From assembly GCA_031409335.1 (NCBI GenBank), contig JANNWY010000214.1, forward strand, positions 32,001 to 96,000: a stretch of DNA of 64,000 nt. The letters run 5' to 3'. The position numbers and the translations under genes were made by a program. The first letter of the stretch is position 1, and each line of letters starts with the position of its first letter. Below the pieces are notes generated by a model. That model was not told the origin of the DNA, made no database searches, and saw nothing but the letters and a program-made list of their open reading frames with translations. Origin of the DNA: Chthoniobacteraceae bacterium (GTDB lineage: Bacteria > Verrucomicrobiota > Verrucomicrobiia > Chthoniobacterales > Chthoniobacteraceae). Shown here in pieces: positions 48,605-57,885 of the stretch.

Positions 48605-50719
48605 ATGAAAACCATCCAGCCCAGTACCGATGCACCTTTCCGCCGCAAGTCCGCCCGCATCCTCGCAGGCTCCATCGCCGCCCTCCTCGCCGTGCAGTCG
48701 GCGCAGGCAGACAATACGAATGCCACCTGGCTCAATACCGGTGCGACGGATGCAAACTGGAACACCACGACCAACTGGGTTGGCGGCGTCGCTCCGGGTT
48801 CCATTATGCCCATTACCGGCCTCAATGCCGATACCAGCGTGGCCACGTTCAATACGGCGCTGGGCACCTTCGGCACTGCCGGCAACCCGATTGCCATCGA
48901 CTCCGTGAGCGAAAACATCGCGGGCATCACCTTCACCGCCAACGCCGGAAGATACGTCATCGGCACCACGGTCGGCAATCCGCTCTATCTCAGCAGCGGC
49001 GGCACCATCCAGATCAGCACGCTCACCGCCACCAACGTCATTGAAACCATCAATGCCCCGCTCGTCATCGAAGGAACCGACGGCACCTACACCTTTGCAA
49101 ACAACAGCGCCAACGGCACGAGCTTCGGCGCGGGCACCTTGAATTTCGGCGGTGGCATCACCGATAGCATCACCGGCGGCGCGGCCGGGGCTACCGTCCT
49201 GAACCTCAACGGCACTAACACCAATGCCAACACCATTAGCGGCATCATCGCCAATGGCACCGCCGACTCGCTGGCCCTCACAAAGAGCGGTGCGGGCACT
49301 TGGAGACTCTCCGGTGCGAACACCTACACCGGTGCGACGACGATTTCCGCAGGCACCCTTCGGGTCGGTATGGTGGACGCTTTGCCTCACGGCACCGGTC
49401 GCGGCAATGTGGCCATTAATGGTACTGGGGCACTCGACTTGAACAACCTGAGCCCGACGCTCAACGGGCTCACCGGCACGGGCACCGTGACCAATCGCGT
49501 TTTCGGCAACGCCACCCTGACCCTCGGCGACGCCGACACGTCTTCCACCTTCCCAGGTGTGATTCAGAACGGCAGCGGAACCGTCGGGCTGACCAAGATC
49601 GGCAGCGGCACCCTCGCGCTGATCGGGACGACCAGCAATTACCGAGGCAAGACGAGCATCATGGCGGGCACGCTGCAGATTGGCAATGTCAACGGAACTG
49701 ACAGTGCCGCTATCACGAACGCCGGCGTCCCTGGTCCGTTGGGCGCCCCTACCGGGGCCAATGCGACCATCGACCTCCATAACGACGTCACCCTGCAGAT
49801 GGGTAGCACCGAACCGCGTGTGAACCAAGCCACCGATCGCACGATCAATCTCGCGGGCACCGGCCCTGGAACGGTGTCGATCAAAGTCAATGACAACGAC
49901 ACCAGCTTCACCTTTGGCGCGGTGACAGCCACCGGGGCTGGCGACAAGACACTGGCCTTGTTCACGGGTTACCAGGGAAATGGCGACCGTGAGGTGATGA
50001 CCTTCAATGGAGCCATCTCCGAAGCTCCCGGAGGCGGCCCGCTCTCGCTTGCAGTCACTTATCAGACGGTGTCGGGCAGTAAGAGCGTCGTAAATCTGAA
50101 ACAGGGCGGCACCTTCACCGGGCCAATCACCTTGATAAATGGCAACGGCGTCAACTTTGCCTACTTGACGATCGGTGGCGTGATCACGCTTGAATTCTTC
50201 AGCGGAAACCTGATTAACACTCCCGGATCGGGAACGCTGAACGGTGGCAATTACGCGGGTGACATCTCCCTCGACACCAATACCATCCTCTACTACGACA
50301 GCTCGGCGGCGCAAACCTTGTCGGGTGTGATTTCCGGCACGGGCTTGCTGACCAAAGAGGTTGCGGGCAGCGTGCTGACCCTCACTGGCGCGAACACCTA
50401 TACCGGCGATACGAATGTGAACGCGGGCCACCTGCGCGTCACCGGCACCCTCACCGGCACGACTGTGAATGTGAACGCGAACGCATCGGCTAACTTCGAG
50501 GCCAGCCAGACATTGCCCGCACTCAATATCGCCGACGGTGCGGTAGTCACGCTCGGCACGGTGCCACCACCGGCTCCGTCCCCCGCTTTCGATGCACCGT
50601 TCGATGCCGGACTAAACCTCGCAGGGAATGCCGGGCAAGCCGTGCCCGAGCCCGGCAGCGTGGCGTTGCTGATTGGCGGGACGCTGACGTTGCTCGGCCT
50701 GCGCCGGCGCAAAGCGTGA
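48605..50719 (+). CDS. Autotransporter-associated beta-strand repeat protein with PEP-CTERM (paralog of the upstream gene)
   Basis: Same N- and C-terminal modules as 40270..48480; VPEPGS-TM-RRRK. Confidence 0.93.
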   Translation: MKTIQPSTDAPFRRKSARILAGSIAALLAVQSAQADNTNATWLNTGATDANWNTTTNWVGGVAPGSIMPITGLNADTSVATFNTALGTFGTAGNPIAIDSVSENIAGITFTANAGRYVIGTTVGNPLYLSSGGTIQISTLTATNVIETINAPLVIEGTDGTYTFANNSANGTSFGAGTLNFGGGITDSITGGAAGATVLNLNGTNTNANTISGIIANGTADSLALTKSGAGTWRLSGANTYTGATTISAGTLRVGMVDALPHGTGRGNVAINGTGALDLNNLSPTLNGLTGTGTVTNRVFGNATLTLGDADTSSTFPGVIQNGSGTVGLTKIGSGTLALIGTTSNYRGKTSIMAGTLQIGNVNGTDSAAITNAGVPGPLGAPTGANATIDLHNDVTLQMGSTEPRVNQATDRTINLAGTGPGTVSIKVNDNDTSFTFGAVTATGAGDKTLALFTGYQGNGDREVMTFNGAISEAPGGGPLSLAVTYQTVSGSKSVVNLKQGGTFTGPITLINGNGVNFAYLTIGGVITLEFFSGNLINTPGSGTLNGGNYAGDISLDTNTILYYDSSAAQTLSGVISGTGLLTKEVAGSVLTLTGANTYTGDTNVNAGHLRVTGTLTGTTVNVNANASANFEASQTLPALNIADGAVVTLGTVPPPAPSPAFDAPFDAGLNLAGNAGQAVPEPGSVALLIGGTLTLLGLRRRKA

Positions 50720-50795
50720 ACAATATCGTCCGAGGAAGGACGGAGTGGCGGCAGTTTTCTTGACGGGGGACTGCCACTCTCACTGGGGGAAAAGC

Positions 50796-50836
50796 GAAAG
50801 CCGCGCGGTGGGGACCGCGCGGCTTTCATTCCCTTT
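50796..50836 (+). terminator. Probable intrinsic terminator
   Basis: Perfect 14-bp stem gaaagccgcgcggt-gggg-accgcgcggctttc followed by a pyrimidine-rich tail. Confidence 0.65.
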
Positions 50837-50882
50837 CGCTATGCTAACCCCGGCTGACTTATAAACCTTCAACCTAATCCCA

Positions 50883-51599
50883 ATGAAGATAACCTTTGCC
50901 AGCCTGCTCACCGGCATTGCGCTCGCGCTCGCCGCGATGGCCGGGGACGCGCCGCCGCCCGCCAAGCCCGTCGTGCGCGAGGTTTCGCCCGGCATTTACC
51001 AGGTCGGTAAAGTGCGGCTTGATCAAAAGGCGCTGAGCATTGCCTTTCCCGGAAAGCTGAACATGAAGCGGGGGCTGCTCGAATACCTGCTCGTCAACCC
51101 GAAAGGCAGCGCCCACGAAAGCCTGCTCGTAACCGATGTGGAGGCGAACGACATCCATGTGGCCATGCTGCTGCTCGGGGCCAAGGGCGGGGCCATCACT
51201 GCCGAGGCCCCGCCGGCGCAACTCGATGCACACTATTTTCGCACCGCGCCGAAGCTCACGGGAGATACCGTTTTCATCACCGTGAAATGGAAGGAGAAAG
51301 ACGTGGAAAAGACCGTGCCCATTGAGGGATGGCTCGTCAACGCGGCGCGGAAGCCTGTCGAGCACGGGGCTTGGATATACAATGGTTCGATGCTCTACGA
51401 AGGGCGCTTCCTCGCGCAGGCCGAGGGCAATCTCGTCGCGCTGGTCACCAGCCCCACCGCGTTGATCAACAACCCTCGCAAGGGTAACGACAACGACCAG
51501 ATGTGGAACGTGAACGAAGAGGCGACGCCGGGAGAAAGCACGCCCGTCGAAATCATCTTCAAGCTCGTCCCGCCCGCCGCTCCCAAACCCAGCAAGTAA
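50883..51599 (+). CDS. Secreted YdjY-like domain protein
   Basis: Signal peptide; LEYLLV...HESLL...IHVAMLLLG and WIYNGS. Confidence 0.75.
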   Translation: MKITFASLLTGIALALAAMAGDAPPPAKPVVREVSPGIYQVGKVRLDQKALSIAFPGKLNMKRGLLEYLLVNPKGSAHESLLVTDVEANDIHVAMLLLGAKGGAITAEAPPAQLDAHYFRTAPKLTGDTVFITVKWKEKDVEKTVPIEGWLVNAARKPVEHGAWIYNGSMLYEGRFLAQAEGNLVALVTSPTALINNPRKGNDNDQMWNVNEEATPGESTPVEIIFKLVPPAAPKPSK

Positions 51600-51857
51600 G
51601 CCATGAGAGCACCGCTCATTCTGCACTCCGCCGCTGCGTTGCACGCACCCATTCCCGAGCGGGTCTTTCTATTGAAAATGTGGGTCGGGCGTGTGCTCGA
51701 AGAGGTGTTCCAGTTGTGCTCAATTTCACGTCGGCGTGCGTTCTTACGCCAAGACGGCGCGGCAGTTTGCTGCTATTTTGCACGGTGCATCCGTGTCAGC
51801 CAAGCTCCTGTTGCTGTGCATAGAAATCGCCCGACCCACAAATTCCCTCACCCAAAT

Positions 51858-54800
51858 ATGATGAATACAATCTATCGGTATGCCGCGGCTGCGGCGATGG
51901 CGCTGCTGATCGCCTTTCCTGTTTTGGCGCAGGCCTATTCTCCGAATCCCGATCTCACGGTGGCCGGCGCGATCGCCGCGCTGAAAGTCGATCCTAACAG
52001 CTCACACCTTTACGCGGAGACTTACAATCTCGGGGCCACCGGGCTGCGTGGGTGGATTTACCTCGACCCGAATAACGCGGGGCAGCAGGGGCTGCAGACT
52101 GCGCCGAGTCGGCAGATTCTGGTCACGGTGGCGAGCACGCCAGGGAGCGCCGTGCTGGCGGTGGATGACGTGATTCTCGGAGCGATGGCGGCGAGCAGCG
52201 GTGCGGTGCCTCTCTTTACCAGTGATTGCCGCAAGGCCTTCGGCGTGGCGATCGGCGATGCCGAGAAGACGGGGGCCGGCACGCTGCGAGTCAAACGCTG
52301 GCGCGCGGGCACCACCACCGATGTGAACATAGCCATGACCATCATGGGCGATTACACGGCCACTGCTCCCTACTCGTGCCCGAAATCCGCACTAGTTTTG
52401 GCTAATGCCCGCGACTATCTCGTCAGCCAGCTCATCGCTAACGCGAACTTTCTGACCAATGACTATGCCGGTGCCATCAAAGGTCTGGCGCTCCTGGCTG
52501 GCGTGGATCCTGGGGATCCTAACTACGCCACAGTGCAGACCCGCTTGCAGACCTTTGCCCGCGCGCTGGCTCCCGCAAATTTGGCTCTGACGGGCTGCAA
52601 CACCTGGCAGTGGAGTTACATCAATATTTTCCTCAGTGAGTATTACCTGCGCACTGTCGCGGACGGCAGCGCCGACGCGAGCGTGCTGCATGGGATCAAC
52701 GAATACACCGTCGCCTTAGCCAAAGGGCAAAGTAAGTATGGCACCTTCGGCCACGGCGGGGCGGAGCAGCACGCCGATGGCAGTTTGCATGGCTCGATCT
52801 CTTGGTATGGCCCGGTGAACGCGGCGGGCATCCCCGCCAATGTCGCCATCGTCATGGGTAAAAAGGTGCTGGTGGCAAGCGGCGGCGCGGTGGACCCGGA
52901 AATCGATCCGGCCATTGAGCGCGGGTCCAATTTCTTCGGCTCGTATGTCAACAAAGGGCCGATCCCCTACGGCGAACACGAGCCTTATGCCGATGGTCAT
53001 GCCTCCAACGGCAAGGACCCGATGTGCGCCGTGCTGTTCGGTTTGCAGGCGAGTCGCCCTGTGGAAGCGGAGTATTTCACCCGCATGACCGTGGCGGGCT
53101 GCACCGGCCGCGAGTATGGCCACACCGGCCAGGGCTTCAGCTACCTGTGGGGAGCCATGGGCGCCAATATGGGCGGGCCGACGGCGGTGGCGAAATACCT
53201 GGAGAATATCCGCTGGCACCTCGATCTGGAGCGCCGCACCGATGGCTCGTTTGTCTATGACGGCGCCGAGCAATACGGCGGGGGCACGACCTCCGGCGGC
53301 ACCTATCTGGGATCGAGCGGCTACTACGGTGTGAATCCCACGGCCAGCTACATTCTCACGTATGCTCTGCCGTTGCAGCGGCTCTACATCACCGGAAGAA
53401 ACGCCATTCCGGCCAATACCCTGAGCGCGGCCAAAGTGACCAACGCCATGGCCGCCGCGACCTACAAGCAGGACTGCACTGCCTACACCGTGACCCAGTT
53501 GATGACGGCATTGAGCGAGTATGATCCGGTGGTGCGGCTCTACGTGGCCACAGAACTGGCCGCGCGCACCTTGACGACGCCGGAGGTGAACACTTTGATC
53601 GCCCTCATCACCAACGGCACCATGAGCACCGATGCGAACGTGCGTCAGGGTGCCTGTCAAACGCTGGGCATTCGCCAGACGAGCGGTGCCTTGGCGGCGC
53701 TGGGCCAGCGGCTTTCCGATTCGGACCTGTGGGTGCGTGGTCAAGCGGCCAAAGCCTTGAAAAATTTCGGCTCGGTGGCGAATCCGCAACTAACTCCGAT
53801 GCTCACGGCGTTCGCCGCCAACGCGACGGACCCGAATGTCATCGTATGGAACGACCCCATCCAGATTGCCAACGGCTACTTGGCCGATGCTCTTTTCCGA
53901 ACACTGCCCACCTACACCATCGCGGCGGCCAAAAGCCTGCTCTGGCCGGCAGTGGAGGCCGGCTTGAAACAGCCGGACGGGATGGCGCGGTCCTATCTGG
54001 GAAGCTTTATCAAAAACCGTCTGACCTTGGCGGACGTTCAGGCGGTGGCGCCGAGCATCGTTGACGCCATCGCGGAGCGGTCGCCGGCGGATCGGATGTT
54101 CAGTGACTCCATCCGGTACGATGGGTTGAGCACTCTCGGGAAATATAAGATCGAAGAGGGCATTCCCTTGTGCCTGATGGTGAAGGAGCAAGCCTGGCAT
54201 AGCGATAGTTGGGTGCCATTTGACCTCTTGCAGAACACGTATCGGGGGGCGGCGAGAGACGCGCTGCCCACGCTCTACAAGTGGCAGGCCCATTTGCCCC
54301 AGTTTGACGCAGACCCTTCTATCGGCGACACCCGGCTGGCGAATATCACGGCGAAGATCGCGTCAACCATCGCGGCCATCGAAAACGACAACGCCCCGCC
54401 CACGCTGACTTATTTCAAGAGCCTGACTGCAAGTGCGAGCCCGGCCGTGGTCGCTTTGCCTGCGGGCAGCACCACCGTCAGCGCCGTGCTGACGGACATC
54501 GACTTGGGGCCGCCGAACTTTATCTGGAGCAAGGTGAGCGGAGCGGGGGCGGTAACGTTCAATCCCACTGGCACGACAGCCAGTGCCAGCAGCAGCGCGG
54601 CGTTCAATACGCCGGGCACCTACAAATTGAGGGTGACGGCGGTGGATCGTTCCATCCTAGATTACAACCTCTGGATCACGTATTCACTCGGCTATTTTGA
54701 TTTTCAGACCTACAACGAGATTCTTGGCGCGGTAACCAAGGATGTAACCGTGACGGTCAGCGCGGATCCCAATCGCGCGCCGGTTCCCCTGAACCAGAGC

Positions 54801-57800
54801 GCCACCACCCCGCTCAACACAGCCACGGCCATCACCCTGATGGCGACGGATGCCGATGGTGACGCCTTTACTTATGCAATCGTGAGCGCGCCGACGCATG
54901 GCACACTTTTGGGGACGCCCCCGAACTTGGTTTACGCACCCGCGACGAATTACACGGGCTTGGATAGTTTTACCTTCAAAGCCAGGGACGGCAAAGTGGA
55001 TTCTGCCGCAGGCACGGTCACCATTGATGTAGGCGTGGGTGGCAACCGCCGTCCGGTGGCGGCGAACCAGTGGGCGACGACTCCCGAAGAAGCGGCCAAA
55101 GTTCTCACCCTCACTGGGACCGATCCCGACGGCAATGCTCTCATCTATGACCTCGTGACCGGGCCGACCCGCGGCACCCTGACCGGAACCCCGCCGAATC
55201 TGACCTATCAGCCCGCGGCCAGCTACCCGGCGGTGAACTTCAACGGGACGGACAGCTTTACCTTCACGGTGCGCGACGCGTCGCTGACCAGCGCGTTGGC
55301 GACGGTGAGCATCACGGTGACACCGCTCAATGATGCTCCGCAGGCCACGGCGCAAAGTGTGAACGCATCCGTGAACGTGGCAAACCCCATTACTCTGGCG
55401 GGTGCCGATGCGGAAAGCTACGGGTTGCTCTACACGGTCGTGACCTATCCCAGCCACGGCACCCTGTCCGGAAGCGCGCCGAATCTAATCTACCTGCCAA
55501 CGGCGAATTACCACGGCGCGGACAGCTTTACGTTCAAGGTAACCGATAGCGAAGGGGTGCTGTCTTCCAGCGCCACGGTCAACATCACGGTCATCAACCA
55601 TCCGCCGGTGGCCAACGCGCAGACCGTCGAGTTACAGCCAAACACCAGCAAAGCGATCACCCTGACCGGCAGTGACAATACCAACGATGCTCTGACCTAC
55701 ACCGTGCTCACTCAGCCCACGAATGGCGGTTTGTCAGGCACGGCACCGAATATCACCTACACGCCGGCGGCTAACTACACCGGGGCCGATAGCTTCACGT
55801 TCAGGGTCAATGACGGGGTGAGCAATTCTCCCGCTGCCACCGTGACGTTGAACGTGGCGCAGTTTCAGACGTGGACGAATATCGCGGCGGGCACCTGGTC
55901 AACCGGCGCCAACTGGACGGGCGGCGTCGCCCCCACTGCGGGCGGCAGCACCACAGGCCTGCTTGTTTTCAATACGAACACCTACTCGGGCACCAGTTCC
56001 AACGACCTGGCCGGCACCTTCCAACTGAACCGGGTGAACTTCGGCATCGTCCTGCCGGCCATGACCGTCAGCGGCAACCCGCTTTCGTTCACCCTGAACA
56101 GCGCGACGTTGCCGCAAATCAAACTAGACTGCGCCAACGATGTCACCATTTCCAACAACCTAACTCTCGCCGCCAGCACGACCGTCGGCGGTACCGGTGC
56201 GGGCGATCTGATCCTTTCAGGCATCCTCTCCGGCGCGGGGAGCGTGACCAAGACCACTAGTGGCAATCTCACGCTCTCCGGCGTGAACACATCCTTCAGC
56301 GGAGGCACCGTGGTGAGCAGTGGCACCTTTACGATTGGCAATAAGAACGGCTGCGGCCCCTTGATCGGTGCCGGGGCCATCACGCTGGCTGCGGGCACCA
56401 CCTTTCAACAGGCCAATTTTGAAGGCAACTCCTCGGCTGGAGAGCTGCCCAATGCGCTCGTGCTGAGCGGAAGTGGGAATGTGATTTTCAATATGCCGTT
56501 TGGTGGCGCCAAAGACATCTGGCTAAGTAAGCCAGTCTCGGGCACCGGCGGCATAAGGGTTCAGGGCGGCACCCGGACCCTGACCCTGACCGCCAGCAAT
56601 TCCTTCAGTGGCGGCATCACCCTCGGTGACTATAACAACAGGGTCGTGATTTCTCATCTCAGCGCGCTTGGGACGGGGACTTTCCGATCTGAACGCACCA
56701 CGGCTGGTTCGGGAAGACTGGATACCGCCGCTGCTCTCACGTCCGGCTCCGGCGTAACGAACGCGTTCGATATTGCGGCAGGTTGCTATCTCAATGTGTA
56801 TGCCAACAGCACAAGCCACCTGCTGCTCTCCGGCCCGATCACCAGCGCGGACGGCACGGGCAGCCTGTATAAAGACGGAACGGCTACGCTGACCCTTTCT
56901 GGCGTGAACACCTACACCGGCACGACCACCGTCGCTGCCGGAATACTCGCCTGCTCCAGCGCCACCGCGCTGGGACAGGGGTCTGTGGCGATCAGCAGTG
57001 GAGCGAAACTGAACTTGAATTTCATTGGCACGCGGCAGGTCGCAACCATGTCTCTCGCCGGCGTCGCGCAGGCTAACGGCACCTATGGCTCCACATCCTC
57101 TCCGGCGGCTAACCAGAACAACACCTATTTTACAGGCACTGGCACGCTGACCGTCGGCTCTTTTGTCACAGCCACGACCGTGACTAGCAATCTTAACCCG
57201 GCCACCCTGGGTGCCACCGTGACCTTCACCACCACCGTGACCGGCGGCTCTCCGACGGGCAATGTGACCTTCTATGACGGTGCCGCGGCCTTGGGCACAA
57301 GCGCCTTGAACGGCAGCTTCCAAGCCACCTTCAGCAGTTCCAACCTCACGGCTGGAACGCACAGCATCACCGCGCAGTATGTGGGAAACGCCAATTACGC
57401 CGCCAGCACTTCCACGGCACTTAGCCAGGTGATCGTGCTGCCGCCCTTTGAAGCCTGGGCCGCAGCTCCCGCACAAGGGCTGACGGTGGGTGTGAACAAC
57501 GGGCCGATGGACGATCCCGAACGCGATGGCCTTACCAACCTGATGGAGTTCACCCTCAGCGGCGCACCAGCGATTTCCTCGTCGGCCCTTCTGCCAAAGC
57601 TAACCCGGAGCGGAAACAACTGGCTCTTTGAGTATGACCGAAGCGATCTGTCGCTACCCATCACCGCGCAGGTGGTGGAATACGGCAGCGACGTAGCCAC
57701 TTGGACGACGGTGGCGATTCCCGCGACCAGTTTGGGCTCGGTGACGATCACCCCCGGCAGTCCTTTCGATCATGTGACCGTCACCATCCCGAGTCCGGGA

Positions 57801-57836
57801 GCCAAGGGTTTCGTCCGCCTCAAGGTCACGAAGTAG
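51858..57836 (+). CDS. Large secreted protein: DUF6288-like domain, HEAT repeats, PKD-like, Ig-like tandem repeats, autotransporter repeats, Ig domain, verrucomicrobial C-terminal domain
   Basis: YNLGATGLRGW, IPYGEH, HASNGK and GHTG motifs; about four NxAP...G.DSFTF repeats; C-terminal FEAWA...DPERDGLTNLMEF...FVRLKVT. Confidence 0.88.
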   Translation: MMNTIYRYAAAAAMALLIAFPVLAQAYSPNPDLTVAGAIAALKVDPNSSHLYAETYNLGATGLRGWIYLDPNNAGQQGLQTAPSRQILVTVASTPGSAVLAVDDVILGAMAASSGAVPLFTSDCRKAFGVAIGDAEKTGAGTLRVKRWRAGTTTDVNIAMTIMGDYTATAPYSCPKSALVLANARDYLVSQLIANANFLTNDYAGAIKGLALLAGVDPGDPNYATVQTRLQTFARALAPANLALTGCNTWQWSYINIFLSEYYLRTVADGSADASVLHGINEYTVALAKGQSKYGTFGHGGAEQHADGSLHGSISWYGPVNAAGIPANVAIVMGKKVLVASGGAVDPEIDPAIERGSNFFGSYVNKGPIPYGEHEPYADGHASNGKDPMCAVLFGLQASRPVEAEYFTRMTVAGCTGREYGHTGQGFSYLWGAMGANMGGPTAVAKYLENIRWHLDLERRTDGSFVYDGAEQYGGGTTSGGTYLGSSGYYGVNPTASYILTYALPLQRLYITGRNAIPANTLSAAKVTNAMAAATYKQDCTAYTVTQLMTALSEYDPVVRLYVATELAARTLTTPEVNTLIALITNGTMSTDANVRQGACQTLGIRQTSGALAALGQRLSDSDLWVRGQAAKALKNFGSVANPQLTPMLTAFAANATDPNVIVWNDPIQIANGYLADALFRTLPTYTIAAAKSLLWPAVEAGLKQPDGMARSYLGSFIKNRLTLADVQAVAPSIVDAIAERSPADRMFSDSIRYDGLSTLGKYKIEEGIPLCLMVKEQAWHSDSWVPFDLLQNTYRGAARDALPTLYKWQAHLPQFDADPSIGDTRLANITAKIASTIAAIENDNAPPTLTYFKSLTASASPAVVALPAGSTTVSAVLTDIDLGPPNFIWSKVSGAGAVTFNPTGTTASASSSAAFNTPGTYKLRVTAVDRSILDYNLWITYSLGYFDFQTYNEILGAVTKDVTVTVSADPNRAPVPLNQSATTPLNTATAITLMATDADGDAFTYAIVSAPTHGTLLGTPPNLVYAPATNYTGLDSFTFKARDGKVDSAAGTVTIDVGVGGNRRPVAANQWATTPEEAAKVLTLTGTDPDGNALIYDLVTGPTRGTLTGTPPNLTYQPAASYPAVNFNGTDSFTFTVRDASLTSALATVSITVTPLNDAPQATAQSVNASVNVANPITLAGADAESYGLLYTVVTYPSHGTLSGSAPNLIYLPTANYHGADSFTFKVTDSEGVLSSSATVNITVINHPPVANAQTVELQPNTSKAITLTGSDNTNDALTYTVLTQPTNGGLSGTAPNITYTPAANYTGADSFTFRVNDGVSNSPAATVTLNVAQFQTWTNIAAGTWSTGANWTGGVAPTAGGSTTGLLVFNTNTYSGTSSNDLAGTFQLNRVNFGIVLPAMTVSGNPLSFTLNSATLPQIKLDCANDVTISNNLTLAASTTVGGTGAGDLILSGILSGAGSVTKTTSGNLTLSGVNTSFSGGTVVSSGTFTIGNKNGCGPLIGAGAITLAAGTTFQQANFEGNSSAGELPNALVLSGSGNVIFNMPFGGAKDIWLSKPVSGTGGIRVQGGTRTLTLTASNSFSGGITLGDYNNRVVISHLSALGTGTFRSERTTAGSGRLDTAAALTSGSGVTNAFDIAAGCYLNVYANSTSHLLLSGPITSADGTGSLYKDGTATLTLSGVNTYTGTTTVAAGILACSSATALGQGSVAISSGAKLNLNFIGTRQVATMSLAGVAQANGTYGSTSSPAANQNNTYFTGTGTLTVGSFVTATTVTSNLNPATLGATVTFTTTVTGGSPTGNVTFYDGAAALGTSALNGSFQATFSSSNLTAGTHSITAQYVGNANYAASTSTALSQVIVLPPFEAWAAAPAQGLTVGVNNGPMDDPERDGLTNLMEFTLSGAPAISSSALLPKLTRSGNNWLFEYDRSDLSLPITAQVVEYGSDVATWTTVAIPATSLGSVTITPGSPFDHVTVTIPSPGAKGFVRLKVTK

Positions 57837-57885
57837 CCAACGACAAGACTAACATTCACTGGCAGCACGCAATTTATCCGTCTTT

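Noticed and set aside
40270..50719. Diversity-generating retroelement explaining the repeated gene ends
   Set aside because: No reverse transcriptase in the window, and differences between copies are not confined to adenines.
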